NCBI GenBank assembly: GCA_017302575.1
Contig: JAFLDD010000001.1
Coordinates: forward strand, 1,365,409 to 1,429,408
DNA from: Alphaproteobacteria bacterium
GTDB taxonomy: Bacteria; Pseudomonadota; Alphaproteobacteria; Rickettsiales; UBA3002
DNA length: 64,000 nucleotides
Direction: 5' to 3'
Positions 38,753-51,870 of the stretch are shown here, in pieces. Positions within the stretch are counted from its first letter, which is position 1. The number at the start of each line of letters is the position of its first letter. The position numbers and the translations under genes are program-made. The notes under the pieces were generated by a model. It saw only the letters and a program-made list of their open reading frames with translations. It ran no database searches and was not told the DNA's origin.

Positions 38753-39937
38753 ATGGCAACCAAGGATATCGTCGTTCCAACTTTGGGCGAGTCGGTGAGT
38801 GAAGCGACCATCGCCAAATGGTTCAAAAAAGTGGGCGACGCAGTGAAAGTCGATGAGCCGCTTTGTGAGCTCGAAACCGATAAGGTGACCGTTGAGGTAC
38901 CATCACCTGCTGCTGGCGCGCTGAAGGAAATTCTCGCTGCGGAAGGTAGCAATGTTGGCGTTGGCGCGATTTTGGGTAAAATTGAAGTGGGCGCTTCTGG
39001 CGCTGTAAGTGCGGCAGCACCTGCTGCGGCTCCCGCCCCTGCCCCTGCGAAAGCGGCAGCACCTGTTGCTGCGCCTGCTGCGGCAAATGGCCCTGCAGTA
39101 ACCAAGATGCTGGCAGAGAATCCGCAAGTGAATCCTGCAAGCATCTCCGCTTCTGGCAAAGATGGTCGCATCACCAAGGGCGACGTGATTACTGCGCTTG
39201 AGGGCGATGGTATGGGTACGAGCGGCGCTGCTGCTGGACCACGCGAAGAGCGCGTGAAGATGACCAAATTGCGCCAGACCATTGCACGTCGTTTGAAAGA
39301 TTCACAGAACACGGCGGCGATTTTGACTACGTTCAACGAAATCGACATGACGAACGTGATTGCGCTGCGCAACGAATACAAAGACGAGTTCGAAAAGAAG
39401 CACGGCATTAAGCTTGGCTTCATGGGCTTCTTCATCAAGGCTGCAGTGAACGCGCTCAAACAGGTTCCTGCAGTGAATGCGGAAATTGCTGGCGATGATA
39501 TCATCTACAAAAACTACTACGATATCGGCGTTGCTGTTGGTGGTGCGCAGGGTCTTGTGGTTCCAGTAGTGCGTGATTGCGACAAAAAGTCGCTCGCACA
39601 AATCGAGGCGGATATCGCGATGTATGCTGACAAGGCACGTAGCGGCACGCTGAGCATGGCAGAAATGACGGGCGGTACCTTCACCGTTTCGAATGGTGGT
39701 GTGTATGGCTCGCTGATGTCGACGCCTATCGTCAACCCACCACAATCGGGTATTTTGGGCATGCACAAAACCGAAGAGCGCCCCGTGGCAGTGAATGGCC
39801 AAGTGGTGATTCGTCCGATGATGTATGTGGCGCTTTCGTACGACCATCGCATCATTGATGGTCGTGAGTCAGTGACCTTCCTTGTGAAGGTGAAGCAGGC
39901 GATTGAAGATCCTCGCCGCTTGTTGCTAGGTCTTTAA
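38753..39937 (+). CDS. sucB: Dihydrolipoamide succinyltransferase E2
   Basis: Lipoyl [22 protein letters not shown]. Confidence 0.98.
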   Translation: MATKDIVVPTLGESVSEATIAKWFKKVGDAVKVDEPLCELETDKVTVEVPSPAAGALKEILAAEGSNVGVGAILGKIEVGASGAVSAAAPAAAPAPAPAKAAAPVAAPAAANGPAVTKMLAENPQVNPASISASGKDGRITKGDVITALEGDGMGTSGAAAGPREERVKMTKLRQTIARRLKDSQNTAAILTTFNEIDMTNVIALRNEYKDEFEKKHGIKLGFMGFFIKAAVNALKQVPAVNAEIAGDDIIYKNYYDIGVAVGGAQGLVVPVVRDCDKKSLAQIEADIAMYADKARSGTLSMAEMTGGTFTVSNGGVYGSLMSTPIVNPPQSGILGMHKTEERPVAVNGQVVIRPMMYVALSYDHRIIDGRESVTFLVKVKQAIEDPRRLLLGL

Positions 39938-40155
39938 TGCTACGTTTGCTGCTCGTGATGGTTTTGCTCGCGTCGCCGCTTGCGGCATGCGCCAAGGCAT
40001 CGAGTAGCAAGCAGAGTAATGCTTCGAATACGCAATCTGAATCCTCCAAAGAGGAAGATGCCGAGGAAGATGATGAAGAAGAAATGGACGACGTTCTCGA
40101 TACGAATGAGACCGAAGATTTCATGGATGATTTAATGGAAGATGATGGGTTTTAA
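39937..40155 (+). CDS. Small, highly acidic predicted lipoprotein (72 aa)
   Basis: Signal peptide with lipobox LAAC; 21 of last 34 residues are Asp/Glu; TAATG overlap with sucB; fills the sucB-lpdA gap. Confidence 0.65.
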   Translation: MLRLLLVMVLLASPLAACAKASSSKQSNASNTQSESSKEEDAEEDDEEEMDDVLDTNETEDFMDDLMEDDGF

Positions 40156-40156
40156 T

Positions 40157-41538
<1,382 letters not shown>

Positions 41539-41542
<4 letters not shown>

Positions 41543-44500
41543 CTAAGCAACTCGACATTCCCGCCAATGGCGGCGGTGTTAATGGTCGTGGTGCGTTCAT
41601 GTGCAAAGCGTAGCAGATAGTATGGGCCGCCCGCTTTGGGACCCGTACCTGAGAGGCCTTCGCCGCCAAAGGGCTGCACGCCGACCACGGCGCCAATCAT
41701 CGAGCGATTTACGTAGCGATTGCCGACATGGACAGCGCTTAGGATTTCGTCCATCCCGCTTCTTAGGCGCGTATGTAGGCCGAAGGTGAGGCCATAACCT
41801 GTTGCGTGAATTTGCTCGATGACGTGTGGCAGCTCTTTAGCCTTGAAGCTGATGAAATGCAGGATGGGACCGAAATGCTCTTCCTCCAAGTCGCTAAGGG
41901 ACTGGATGGGGAATACATGTGGTATCACGAAGCTGTCATACGCGATATTAGCGGCATCTACGGGGGTGGAGTGATACCAGCGTACGGCGCGAATCAGAGC
42001 CTTTTTATGTGCTTTTAGTTTGGTTTGGGCTTCTTCGTCGATCACGGGGCCGATCTCGGTGGTGAGTTCTTTTGGATCGCCGAGGCGCAATTCATCCATC
42101 GCGCCCATGAGCAATTCACGCAGCGCAGGCACAATATCTTCCTGCACGAAGACGCAGCGTAGCGCCGAGCAGCGTTGACCCGCCGAACCAAAGGCGCTGG
42201 TGATGATATCATCCACCGCTTGTTCGAGTAGTGCCGAGCTGTCGACAATCATTACGTTCTGGCCACCCGTTTCAGCAATGAGTGGCACGATTGGTCCGTC
42301 TTTTTCGGCCAAAGAACGCTGGATAAGTTTGGCCACATAGGTAGAGCCCGTAAAGCAGACACCTGCCGTGTGTGGCGATTTAATCAGCGCGGCGCCCACG
42401 GTTTCACCTTTGCCGCAGACGAGTTGTAGTACGTCTTGGGGAACGCCCGCGCGGTGCAATGCTTCAACTGCTTTTGCCGCAATCGCAGGTGTTTGTTCGG
42501 CGGGTTTGGCAAGCACGCAATTGCCCGCAACGAGTGCGGCAACGACTTGGCCCATGAAAATAGCGAGAGGAAAATTCCACGGGCTGATACACACGAACAC
42601 ACCACAACCATGTAAGCTTAGCACGTTGCTTTCACCCGTTGGTCCCGTAAGCGTTTGCGGGGTGAAGAGCTGCTCGGCATGAAGTGCGTAATAGCGACAG
42701 AAGTCGGCTGCCTCACGGATTTCAGCTAGCGCATCATAGATGGTTTTTTTGCCCTCTTGCTGTAGCAGCGCAATCCACTCCATTTGCTCGGCTTCGAGTA
42801 TATCGGCTGCCTTTCGTAGCATCTCTGCGCGGGTGGCGATGGGTGTTACGTCCCATGATTTTTGCGCAGTTTTTGCTGCAGCAAAGAGGTTGGGTATTTC
42901 TTTTACGTTAGTGTCCCTTGGCGCTTCATATTTTTTGCTGAGAAGTGGTTTCAGAGCGCTGGTTACGCGCTCATATTCGGCACGATAGCCAAGCTCAAAG
43001 CCACCAGAATTCTTGCGATTACCATACAGATTTACAGGTAATGGAATCGCAGCGCTTGGCATGGAATTAGCGGCAAGTGATAGCGTAATCGGACTTTCGG
43101 TGAGGGAGTCAATCGGCGTGGCTTGGTCGAGCAGTAAATGGACAAAACTGGTATTCGCGCCGTTTTCCAATAAGCGACGAATGAGATACGCCAGCAAGTC
43201 TTTGTGTGCACCTACGGGCGCGTAAATGCGGCTGCGATATTCGCCCACCAGTTGGTCATGCAGGCTCTCGCCCATGCCATGCAAGCGCTGGAATTCGAAG
43301 GCCGACACGGCCAGCGATTTTGTTTTTGCTAATTCGATAATCGTGGCGACGGTGAGGGCATTATGCGTAGCAAATTGCGGATAGAGCACGTCTGTTGCAG
43401 CAAGCATTTTTTGCGCGCAGGCAAGATAGGAAAGATCGGTGTAGAATTTCTCCGTGAAGACAGGATAACCGCTTAATCCATTCACTTGGGCATATTTTAT
43501 TTCGCTGTCCCAATAAGCGCCTTTCACGAGACGCACGGGGATTTTATGGCCCGTTTCGCGCGCCATGTGAATGAGGGCATCAACGGCGTAGAATGCACGC
43601 TTTTGATAGGCCTGTAATACAAAGCCAATACCTTCGAACGCAGCGAATTCTGGATCACGCAGAAGCTCATAATAGAGTATCAAATGAAGGTCGAGACGGT
43701 TGGCTTCCTCTGCGTCCAACGATACGGCGATGTCGTGTTTCATGGCTTCGCGTACGATGGTTTTGAGGCGCGGCAGAAGCTCAACGAGTACACGGTCGCG
43801 CTGCAAATAGGCATAGCGCGGATGCAGGGCGGAAAGCTTTACGGAAATGCCTGGTTTAGAAAATAATTCACCCGTGCGATTCGCGCCGATTTTGGCAATC
43901 GCTGCCATATAGGCATCGACATAATGTGCTGCTTGTTTTTGGGTACGCGCGCCTTCGCCCAGAATGTCATAGGACATCATGTAGCCTTGCTTTTCAGGCT
44001 TGGCGGCGTTCTTAATCGCGTCGTCAATGTCTTCGCCCATGACAAACTGCTGGCCGATGAAACCCATAGCAGAGCGCAGTGCTTGGCGAATGACGGGCTC
44101 ACCCGAACGTTTTACAAGTCCACCAAACCAAGAAGCGAGCGAGTCGCCCGAATCCAGTTTAAGCACTTCACCGGTAAGCATTAGTCCCCATGTGCCTGCG
44201 TTGACCAATGTCGAATCGCTTTGCCCTAAATGCTGTTTCCAGTTGCCTGATTTGAAAGTGTCTTCAATCAGCGAATCGGCGGTGGTGCTGTCGGGGATAC
44301 GCAGCAGCGCTTCTGCCAAGCAAAGCATGGCGATGCCTTCTTTGGTGGAGAGGCCGTAGGATTGTAAGAATGCCTCTACGGCCGTGCCAGCACCAATCGC
44401 GCGCTGTTTGGTGATGAGTTCGCTGGCGCGGGTGCGTACGCCCGTGTCCATTGCTGTGAGAGGTTTGGTTGCCGCAAGCAGTGCGTTCACGGCGCGTGTT

Positions 44501-44586
44501 TCGTCGAGCAAGGCGTTGCTGCTGACCTCAAGCAACAATGTGTCGAGTGGAATGGTTGAATCTTGCTTTTGTGCGGCGCGCGTCAT
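41539..44586 (-). CDS. putA: Bifunctional proline dehydrogenase/P5C dehydrogenase
   Basis: [51 protein letters not shown]; no N-terminal RHH domain apparent. Confidence 0.97.
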
Positions 44587-44597
44587 AGGGTTACTGC

Positions 44598-45530
44598 ATG
44601 GTAAAATGGTTTACTATTCTGACGCTGACATTAGCCGCTTCTCACGCATTCGCCAAGCCCGAACGTGAAACACTTCTACATGTTTCGTATGATGCGACGC
44701 GTGAGCTTTTTGCTGACTATAATCGCCACTTCAAGAGCACTCACCCCAAGGCGCGTATTCGCATGTCGCATGGTGGGTCGGGGAAACAGGCCCGCTCCGT
44801 TATGGATGGTCTGCCAGCAGACGTAGTATCGCTAGCGCTAGAGTATGATGTTGAGATGATTGCACAAAAACGCGCCAAGCCCGTCGTGCCACGTGTCCCG
44901 TTTTATTCGACAATCGTGTTTTTGGTGCGGGCGGGAAATCCCAAACAAATCTATGATTGGGGTGATTTGACGCGACCAGATGTGCGGGTATTGACGCCCA
45001 ATCCCAAAAGCTCAGGCGGCGCAAGGTGGGGCTATTTGGCGGCGTGGGGTTATGCCCAAGCGCGCTATGGTGAAAATTCCCCAGCAGCGCGTGACTACAT
45101 GAAATCATGGCTTAGGCATGTGCCGGTATTTGATACGGGAGCGCGTGCCGCGACCACCAATTTTGTGCGACGTAAGCAAGGCGACGTGTTGATTACGTGG
45201 GAGAATGAAGCGCATCTGGCGCAGAAATATTTTGGAGCGGACGCATTCGAAATTGTGATGCCGCGAGTGACTATAAAGGCAGAGCCAGTGGTGGCGGTGC
45301 TTAGTGAAGCTGCCATCGCCAATGACTATGTTGAAGGGCTTTTTGGGCCAGATGCACAAGCTCTTGCCGTGCAGCATTTTTTCCGCTCAGCGACAATGCG
45401 TGATGATTTGCAAAGCTTGAATCATACGCGCGTGCTAAACATCGAAGCGTTCGGAGGCTGGAAAAAAGCCCAAGCAGAACATTTTGACGCAAATGGCCTA
45501 TTCGACCAATTCATGAAGAGGTCCGAATGA
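44598..45530 (+). CDS. sbp: Sulfate ABC transporter substrate-binding protein
   Basis: Signal peptide, VSYDATRELF, SHGGSGKQAR, TPNPKSSGGARW, WENEA. Confidence 0.93.
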   Translation: MVKWFTILTLTLAASHAFAKPERETLLHVSYDATRELFADYNRHFKSTHPKARIRMSHGGSGKQARSVMDGLPADVVSLALEYDVEMIAQKRAKPVVPRVPFYSTIVFLVRAGNPKQIYDWGDLTRPDVRVLTPNPKSSGGARWGYLAAWGYAQARYGENSPAARDYMKSWLRHVPVFDTGARAATTNFVRRKQGDVLITWENEAHLAQKYFGADAFEIVMPRVTIKAEPVVAVLSEAAIANDYVEGLFGPDAQALAVQHFFRSATMRDDLQSLNHTRVLNIEAFGGWKKAQAEHFDANGLFDQFMKRSE

Positions 45531-46366
45531 AATTCCGCCCCTTCGCATTGACGGCGCATAGCGTGCTTCCTGCCTATCCTCTTGCGATGGGCACAACACT
45601 ATTGTGCTTGTTTAGTATTGTGGTGCTGCCATTGGCGGTGCTGGTGTTGAGCGTGACGCAACTTACATGGGTAGAGATCATGCGCGTTGCAACGGACGCG
45701 CGGGTGCTAGCGTCGTTTCGCGTCAGCATCATGGCTGCCGTTGGCTCAGCGATGATTGCGGGGATTTTGGGTATAGTGATTGCGTGGGTGTTGGTGCGTT
45801 ATGAATTTGCAGGGCGTGGCTTTCTCAACGCGTTGATTGATTTACCGTTTGCATTGCCGACGGCGATTGCAGGCATTGCGCTTTGCGCCGTTTATGCACC
45901 CGATGGTTGGGTTGGCGGCTATCTGCAATCTATCGGAATTGAGTTGGTGTTTAATCAGGCAGGCATCTGGCTGGCACTAATATTTGTTGGCTTGCCTTAT
46001 GTTGTGCGCGCACTTGAGCCAGTGTTGGAAGCGCTCGATAGCGAAATCGAAGAGGCCGCACTTTCGCTTGGTGCAACTCATGGGCAGATGTTTTTGCGCG
46101 TGTTGTTGCCGCATTTATTTCCAGCGCTGGTCTCTGGATTTTCGCTCGCGCTGGCGCGAGGATTTGGTGAATTTGGCTCAGTTATTTTTCTTTCCAGCAA
46201 TATTCCGCAAGTGGCAGAAATTGTGCCGCTAGTGATTTTGGTGAAGCTCGAAGAATATGATATGGCGGGTGCGCATGTGATTGCGGTGATGATGCTTATG
46301 GTTTCGTTTGCGGTGCTTTACGGACTTAACAGCGTGCAGCAATGGAAAGTGAGTCGCGTCGTATGA
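45527..46366 (+). CDS. cysT: Sulfate ABC transporter permease CysT
   Basis: [27 protein letters not shown]. Confidence 0.94.
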   Translation: MKFRPFALTAHSVLPAYPLAMGTTLLCLFSIVVLPLAVLVLSVTQLTWVEIMRVATDARVLASFRVSIMAAVGSAMIAGILGIVIAWVLVRYEFAGRGFLNALIDLPFALPTAIAGIALCAVYAPDGWVGGYLQSIGIELVFNQAGIWLALIFVGLPYVVRALEPVLEALDSEIEEAALSLGATHGQMFLRVLLPHLFPALVSGFSLALARGFGEFGSVIFLSSNIPQVAEIVPLVILVKLEEYDMAGAHVIAVMMLMVSFAVLYGLNSVQQWKVSRVV

Positions 46367-47187
46367 AGCACATGGCAACGCATGAACCGCTCGCATGGCG
46401 AATGGGCCTGTCTTTAATCGCGATTAGCGCGATTTTGCTGCTGATCGTCTTGCCTGTTATTGCGGTTTTCACAGAGGCCTTTAGCCAAGGTCTTGCGGTG
46501 TTTCTAGAAAGCATCAGTGAAGCGGATGCGGCGGCGGCGATTATGCTTACAGTGGTGGTCGCGGCGATTGCTGTGCCATTCAATGTGGTATTTGGCGTGG
46601 CTGCAAGTTGGGCGATTGCGAAGTTCCAGTTTCGCGGCAAGCGCTTGCTGCTAACGTTGATTGACCTGCCCTTCTCGGTGTCGCCTGTGATATCGGGCGT
46701 TGCGTTTGTACTGCTCTTTGGCGTGCATGGATTGATCGGTGATTGGTTGGTGCGCCATGATATCGAGATTATTTTTGCGCTGCCCGGCTTGGTGCTTACC
46801 ACCATATTTGTGACCTTCCCTTTTGTGGCGCGAGAATTAATCCCCCTTATGCAAGAACAGGGGCGCGAAGAGGAAGAGGCTGCGATAATGTTAGGCGCAA
46901 CGCCGTGGCAAATGTTCTCGCAAGTGACCTTGCCAAACATTCGACTTGGACTGCTTTATGGCGTGCTTTTATGTAATGCGCGCGCCATGGGCGAGTTTGG
47001 TGCTGTCTCGGTCGTATCGGGTCATATACGTGGTGAGACAACAACCATTCCGCTTTATGTGGAGATGCTTTATAACGAATATAACTTTGCGGCAGCCTTT
47101 GCGGTAGCGTCGGTATTGACGTTGCTTGCGCTCATCACTTTGGCTGCTAAGCAATGGGTGGAGAGGAGGAAGCTGCATGGGCATTAG
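46363..47187 (+). CDS. cysW: Sulfate ABC transporter permease CysW
   Basis: [31 protein letters not shown]. Start refined to 46363 (ATGA overlap). Confidence 0.94.
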   Translation: MKHMATHEPLAWRMGLSLIAISAILLLIVLPVIAVFTEAFSQGLAVFLESISEADAAAAIMLTVVVAAIAVPFNVVFGVAASWAIAKFQFRGKRLLLTLIDLPFSVSPVISGVAFVLLFGVHGLIGDWLVRHDIEIIFALPGLVLTTIFVTFPFVARELIPLMQEQGREEEEAAIMLGATPWQMFSQVTLPNIRLGLLYGVLLCNARAMGEFGAVSVVSGHIRGETTTIPLYVEMLYNEYNFAAAFAVASVLTLLALITLAAKQWVERRKLHGH

Positions 47188-48328
47188 CATACAGCAGGTC
47201 AGTAAGCGATTTCGGGAATTCAGCGCGCTCAAGGATGTGTCGCTGTCGATTGCGGACGGGGAGTTGATAGCGTTGCTTGGGCCCTCTGGTTCGGGCAAGA
47301 CGACGTTGCTGCGCATGATAGCGGGGCTTGAGAAACCCGATAAGGGCGTCATCCAGATTGCCTCAAAAGCGAATGTCTCAGCACGCAGTGCGGTGGGCTT
47401 TGTGTTTCAGCATTATGCATTATTCAAACATATGAGCGTTTTTGAAAACGTTGCGTTTGGTCTTCGTGTGCGCAAGGGTGCGCACAAACTTTCCGAAGAA
47501 GTGATTCATGAGAAGGTCATGAAGTTGCTCAATCTTGTGCATTTGGAATCCTATCATGCGCGTTACCCGTCGCAGCTTTCGGGTGGACAGCGCCAGCGTG
47601 TCGCGTTGGCGAGAGCGCTAGCGGTGGAGCCAAAAATTCTACTGCTCGATGAGCCCTTTGGTGCGCTAGATGCGAAGGTGCGCAAAGAGCTAAGACGTTG
47701 GATGCGCAGGTTGCATGAGGAGCTGAACATCACCACGATTTTCGTAACGCATGACCAAGAAGAAGCCATGGAAATGGCCGATAGAGTGGTGGTGATGAGC
47801 CAGGGGAAAATCGAGCAAGTGGGAACGCCCGAGCAGGTATATTTACAACCCGCTAACGGCTTCGTGTATGATTTCTTGGGGCATTATAACGAGTTTGACG
47901 CGTGGCAATTGCCCGACGGAACGTTGCTTCTACAAGAGGGCGAAAAGCAAGAACCCGTGCGCTTGCTAAGCGAGAAAAGTAATGATTGGGTAAAGAAGAT
48001 TCCCCTGCTTTCGCGCTTGTTGCGCGCCGAACAGCCCAAGATACCCGTGTCACAAACCAAGAGCGTTGCGTCCAATACGGTTGGGGTTCCCGTGAAGGTA
48101 TTTTGCAGACCACATGAGCTCTATTTTTACATTACACGTGAGCCGGGAACGGTGAAGGCCGAGATCATTCACATGAATCCTGCGGGTCCGCTTGTGAAAA
48201 TTGAACTAGAGCGCGAGAATGGCGCATTGCTGGATGCAGAATTGCCTAAAACGGTTGTCGATCAATTGCATTTGATGAAGCACCAAGCAGTCTATGTCAT
48301 GCCTAAAAATATGAAGGTGTTTGCTTAA
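47177..48328 (+). CDS. cysA: Sulfate ABC transporter ATP-binding protein
   Basis: [43 protein letters not shown]-terminal TOBE. Start refined to 47177. Confidence 0.94.
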   Translation: MGISIQQVSKRFREFSALKDVSLSIADGELIALLGPSGSGKTTLLRMIAGLEKPDKGVIQIASKANVSARSAVGFVFQHYALFKHMSVFENVAFGLRVRKGAHKLSEEVIHEKVMKLLNLVHLESYHARYPSQLSGGQRQRVALARALAVEPKILLLDEPFGALDAKVRKELRRWMRRLHEELNITTIFVTHDQEEAMEMADRVVVMSQGKIEQVGTPEQVYLQPANGFVYDFLGHYNEFDAWQLPDGTLLLQEGEKQEPVRLLSEKSNDWVKKIPLLSRLLRAEQPKIPVSQTKSVASNTVGVPVKVFCRPHELYFYITREPGTVKAEIIHMNPAGPLVKIELERENGALLDAELPKTVVDQLHLMKHQAVYVMPKNMKVFA

Positions 48329-48405
<77 letters not shown>

Positions 48406-48406
48406 C

Positions 48407-48619
48407 TTACGCATCGGCTTTGTTTTGTTGAATACGCAGCATCAAGAGCGCATCAAATTCTGCTTTATTCAGTGGTCGCCCTTCATCAGAGATGAGCAAT
48501 GGTGAGGCTTGCGTAAAACCTACGCCCACTTCGTAGATTTCAGCTTTTATAGCTTTGCCATTTTGCATTTTGATGCGGCACGGCATGCTGTCGAATTTAT
48601 AATATGCCCAGTTGCTCAT
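48407..48619 (-). CDS. Small hypothetical protein (70 aa), candidate immunity/antitoxin
   Basis: ATGA overlap with the upstream 608-aa gene and its own GAGGGA RBS; function inferred only from position. Confidence 0.6.
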   Translation of the reverse strand: MSNWAYYKFDSMPCRIKMQNGKAIKAEIYEVGVGFTQASPLLISDEGRPLNKAEFDALLMLRIQQNKADA

Positions 48620-50442
48620 CGTTCCCTCACAGGCTGTAGAGGCTCGCTTTTTGGTTTGTTATTAATCATATCCAACATGCGCTCTGGAATAATCTCGGCG
48701 CCCTTTTTCTGGTTCAGTTCGCGCGCCATTTTTACATATTCTTGCTGCCAGCTAGGATCCGCGTCACGAATATAGGCGATATGAACAAGCTTGTGCACGT
48801 TTTGTAGTTGGGTAACGGCGTCTGCCACTCTCTCCTTCTTTTCGTCAGGGCTTAGAGCTTCCAGCTCATCATCCATCATGGCTGGGATAACAAGATCTTC
48901 TCGGCGCTGTAGTGTGGTCGGAGAAGCTTCAGCGCGAGCGTCTTTGTGGCCGATGTAGTCGCGTAAGAATGTAGAAAGATAAAATAGGGTTTCTTTGTTG
49001 TCGATGGCCCTCAAAACTTTAGTAATATCGTGATCAGGAATTGGGCTATTCTTTTCCTGAGCAAGGCCTCTGCTTACATGATTTATATAGGATTCCAGCG
49101 ACGGGTGCGAATTAACATTGGCCACGAAATCATCTTGCATCATGTGCTCAATCAAGCGTGACCAAAAGCGAATGCGTTGAATCACACTTTCCAGCTTGGA
49201 ATCATTGGGAAGTTCAAAATCACGACGTATTTCGTACATCAAATGACTGATGCGATCTGCGCGATTGACCTGATCTTTTTCACCAATGCTGATGTCGGCA
49301 ATAAGGCCGTGAAAAGCGATATTAAACTCGTCGCTCACATTCCCACCATCGCGCATATGCATCGATTCTATGACGTGTGGGTAGCTAGTGACGAGGCGGT
49401 CGCGAATATGATGCAGCGTTTCAGGAAAACTTTTTGAAGTGAATTTAATACGAATCAAATCATCAATCGCATTTTCTTCTTTGCCACGTGCCAGCGCCTT
49501 ATCTTTAGTGCGTTCTTCATTTTTGGGACCATTGGCAATAATGCGAATATCCAAGCGCATTTCTTTGGCGAGTTTGTTGAAATGCATGGCGAGGTACTTG
49601 TCTTTAGGGGTTCTGCTTCTCTCTTCGTCGGATAGTTTTGACCACTTTTCTTCGGTACTTTTTTCCACGCTTTCTAAAAGATCCGATGCGTTGTCGCGTG
49701 TTTTCAGGAATGTACGGAAGGTAACCAGAATGGCCTTGCGCACGAGCGCATATTGCATTTCCTGCGCACGAGCGAGTAGTGTTTGCAGATCATCCTTACC
49801 TTGGGTGATGCGCACCAAATTCTTTTTGCCCGCGTGGGGATTTTTTATTTCGCTAGCTTTCTGCGGATCATCACTGAAATTAAGCAAATGGTCGTAGCGC
49901 AGCATATGTAGCGTTTCAGGGAGGTCCTGGTGCGTAATGCTGTGGCTTGTTTCGATTGGCAAGTTATGTTCTTGGCGTGGCTCGCCCACTAATATTGGCA
50001 GTGCGCCCGCACGCTCGGCGGCCCGCATATCATGCGGTGTGTTTCCGATGTAGACGCGTTTATAGCCTTCATAATTCTTATAGCCATCCAGCAATAGGAA
50101 GGGAGCTGGCTTGCGCCGTAGTGATTCTTTTCCTGCTTTGAAAATAGGAAAGCCATGGTCTGGCGTATCTAGGTTTCCGAAGATGGACTCATAATCTTCC
50201 GGGAAAGCCTTCATAAGCTTTTCTTCGACAGATAGCTTGTCGCCATCATCGTTTGTGGCGATGAAGAAGGGTATATTTTGTGCTTTGAGATATTTCAGGG
50301 TCTCAAGCGCGCCCTTTATAGGCGTTACAGCGCCCGTTTGTTTGTCGTAATTTAGCAGCGTACCATTCAGGTCCAGTCCTACCACCAATTTGTTATTGGC
50401 CGGGTGGTCGCTATGCGGGATTGTAAATACCGAGTCGGGCAT
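48616..50442 (-). CDS. HAD-like domain fused to divergent RelA/SpoT-like nucleotidyltransferase domain (608 aa)
   Basis: HAD motifs DLNGTL (24-29), ATN, RKPAP, YIGNTPHD (131-138); RSH-like GPKNEERTKDK (305-315), DDLIR (327-331), LIADISI, SHLMYEIRR (399-407); GGAG RBS. Confidence 0.6.
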   Translation of the reverse strand: MPDSVFTIPHSDHPANNKLVVGLDLNGTLLNYDKQTGAVTPIKGALETLKYLKAQNIPFFIATNDDGDKLSVEEKLMKAFPEDYESIFGNLDTPDHGFPIFKAGKESLRRKPAPFLLLDGYKNYEGYKRVYIGNTPHDMRAAERAGALPILVGEPRQEHNLPIETSHSITHQDLPETLHMLRYDHLLNFSDDPQKASEIKNPHAGKKNLVRITQGKDDLQTLLARAQEMQYALVRKAILVTFRTFLKTRDNASDLLESVEKSTEEKWSKLSDEERSRTPKDKYLAMHFNKLAKEMRLDIRIIANGPKNEERTKDKALARGKEENAIDDLIRIKFTSKSFPETLHHIRDRLVTSYPHVIESMHMRDGGNVSDEFNIAFHGLIADISIGEKDQVNRADRISHLMYEIRRDFELPNDSKLESVIQRIRFWSRLIEHMMQDDFVANVNSHPSLESYINHVSRGLAQEKNSPIPDHDITKVLRAIDNKETLFYLSTFLRDYIGHKDARAEASPTTLQRREDLVIPAMMDDELEALSPDEKKERVADAVTQLQNVHKLVHIAYIRDADPSWQQEYVKMARELNQKKGAEIIPERMLDMINNKPKSEPLQPVRER

Positions 50443-50603
50443 AGCTCCATCTTAGAGGATAAGTATGACAAGCGCGTGACAAAGAAAGGAAAAATGGGTT
50501 TGTCGCACCAAGGTTTTTATGAAGGTTTTGTGACAGATATGCGTGCTTGATTCGTTTGCCCACTCTGCTACTTGATTGCCAAACCCTCACAGGAACGAGT
50601 GCC

Positions 50604-51809
50604 ATGGCCAAAATATCCGTTAATACCCCCGTTGTAGAACTTGATGGTGATGAAATGACACGGATCATCTGGCAGATGATTAAGGATAAGCTTATCCTTC
50701 CCTTCCTCGACATTAAGCTGGAGTACTACGACCTCGGTATTGAGAAGCGTGACGAGACGAATGATCAGATTACCGTCGATGCTGCCAATGCCATCAAGAA
50801 GCACGGCGTGGGCATTAAGTGCGCGACCATCACGCCTGATGAGGCGCGGGTCAAAGAATTCGGCCTTAAGCAAATGTGGAAGTCGCCTAACGGTACGATT
50901 CGTAACATCTTGGACGGTACGATTTTCCGTGCACCGATTATCTGCAAAAATATCCCGCGCTATGTGCCAGGCTGGACGGCGCCGATTATCGTAGGCCGTC
51001 ATGCGTTTGGTGACCAGTACCGTGCAACGGATATTATTGTTGATCGCCCTGGTAGACTGGTGATGAAATTCACGCCTGATGACGGTAGTGAGGTTTACGA
51101 ACAGGAAGTCTATCACTTCAAGAGCGCCGGGGTGGCGATGTGTATGTATAACCTTAATCGCTCGATTGAGGGTTTTGCACGTGCCTGCTTCAATTATGCG
51201 TTGACGGTGAATTACCCCGTCTATCTTTCGACCAAGAACACCATTCTCAAGAAATACGATGGTGACTTTAAGCACATCTTTCAGCGCGTGTTCGACACGG
51301 AATTTAAGGAGCGTTTTGAAGCCTCTAAATTGTGGTACGAGCATCGCTTGATTGATGATTTGGTTGCTTATGCCATCAAGTCGAATGGTGGTTTTGTGTG
51401 GGCCTGCAAGAACTACGATGGCGACGTGCAGTCGGACGTGGTGGCGCAGGGATTCGGTTCGCTCGGCCTTATGACCTCTATCCTGCTAACGCCAGATGGT
51501 AAAACAGTTGAGACCGAAGCGGCGCACGGAACCGTCACGCGGCATTTCCGCGATCACCAGGCGGGCAAAGAAACGAGCACGAACCCCATCGCGAGTATCT
51601 ATGCATGGACCTCAGGCCTCAGATACCGCGCGAAGTTTGATAATAATACTGCGCTGGAAGCATTCTGCACCACGCTTGAGAAAGCGGTGATTGATACAGT
51701 TGAGGCGGGCATCATGACCAAAGACCTAGCTTTACTAGTAGGCACACAGCAAAAATACGTGACGACGGGGCAGTTCATTGACGCAGTTGCCGCACGTTTG
51801 AGTGCGTAA
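50604..51809 (+). CDS. icd: NADP-dependent isocitrate dehydrogenase
   Basis: [37 protein letters not shown]. Start refined to 50604. Confidence 0.98.
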   Translation: MAKISVNTPVVELDGDEMTRIIWQMIKDKLILPFLDIKLEYYDLGIEKRDETNDQITVDAANAIKKHGVGIKCATITPDEARVKEFGLKQMWKSPNGTIRNILDGTIFRAPIICKNIPRYVPGWTAPIIVGRHAFGDQYRATDIIVDRPGRLVMKFTPDDGSEVYEQEVYHFKSAGVAMCMYNLNRSIEGFARACFNYALTVNYPVYLSTKNTILKKYDGDFKHIFQRVFDTEFKERFEASKLWYEHRLIDDLVAYAIKSNGGFVWACKNYDGDVQSDVVAQGFGSLGLMTSILLTPDGKTVETEAAHGTVTRHFRDHQAGKETSTNPIASIYAWTSGLRYRAKFDNNTALEAFCTTLEKAVIDTVEAGIMTKDLALLVGTQQKYVTTGQFIDAVAARLSA

Positions 51810-51870
51810 TTTTTAAGCAGGAGGGCGCATCGTCGCCACCGCTTCGCGTCCCTTACCAAGCTTGGCCCTC

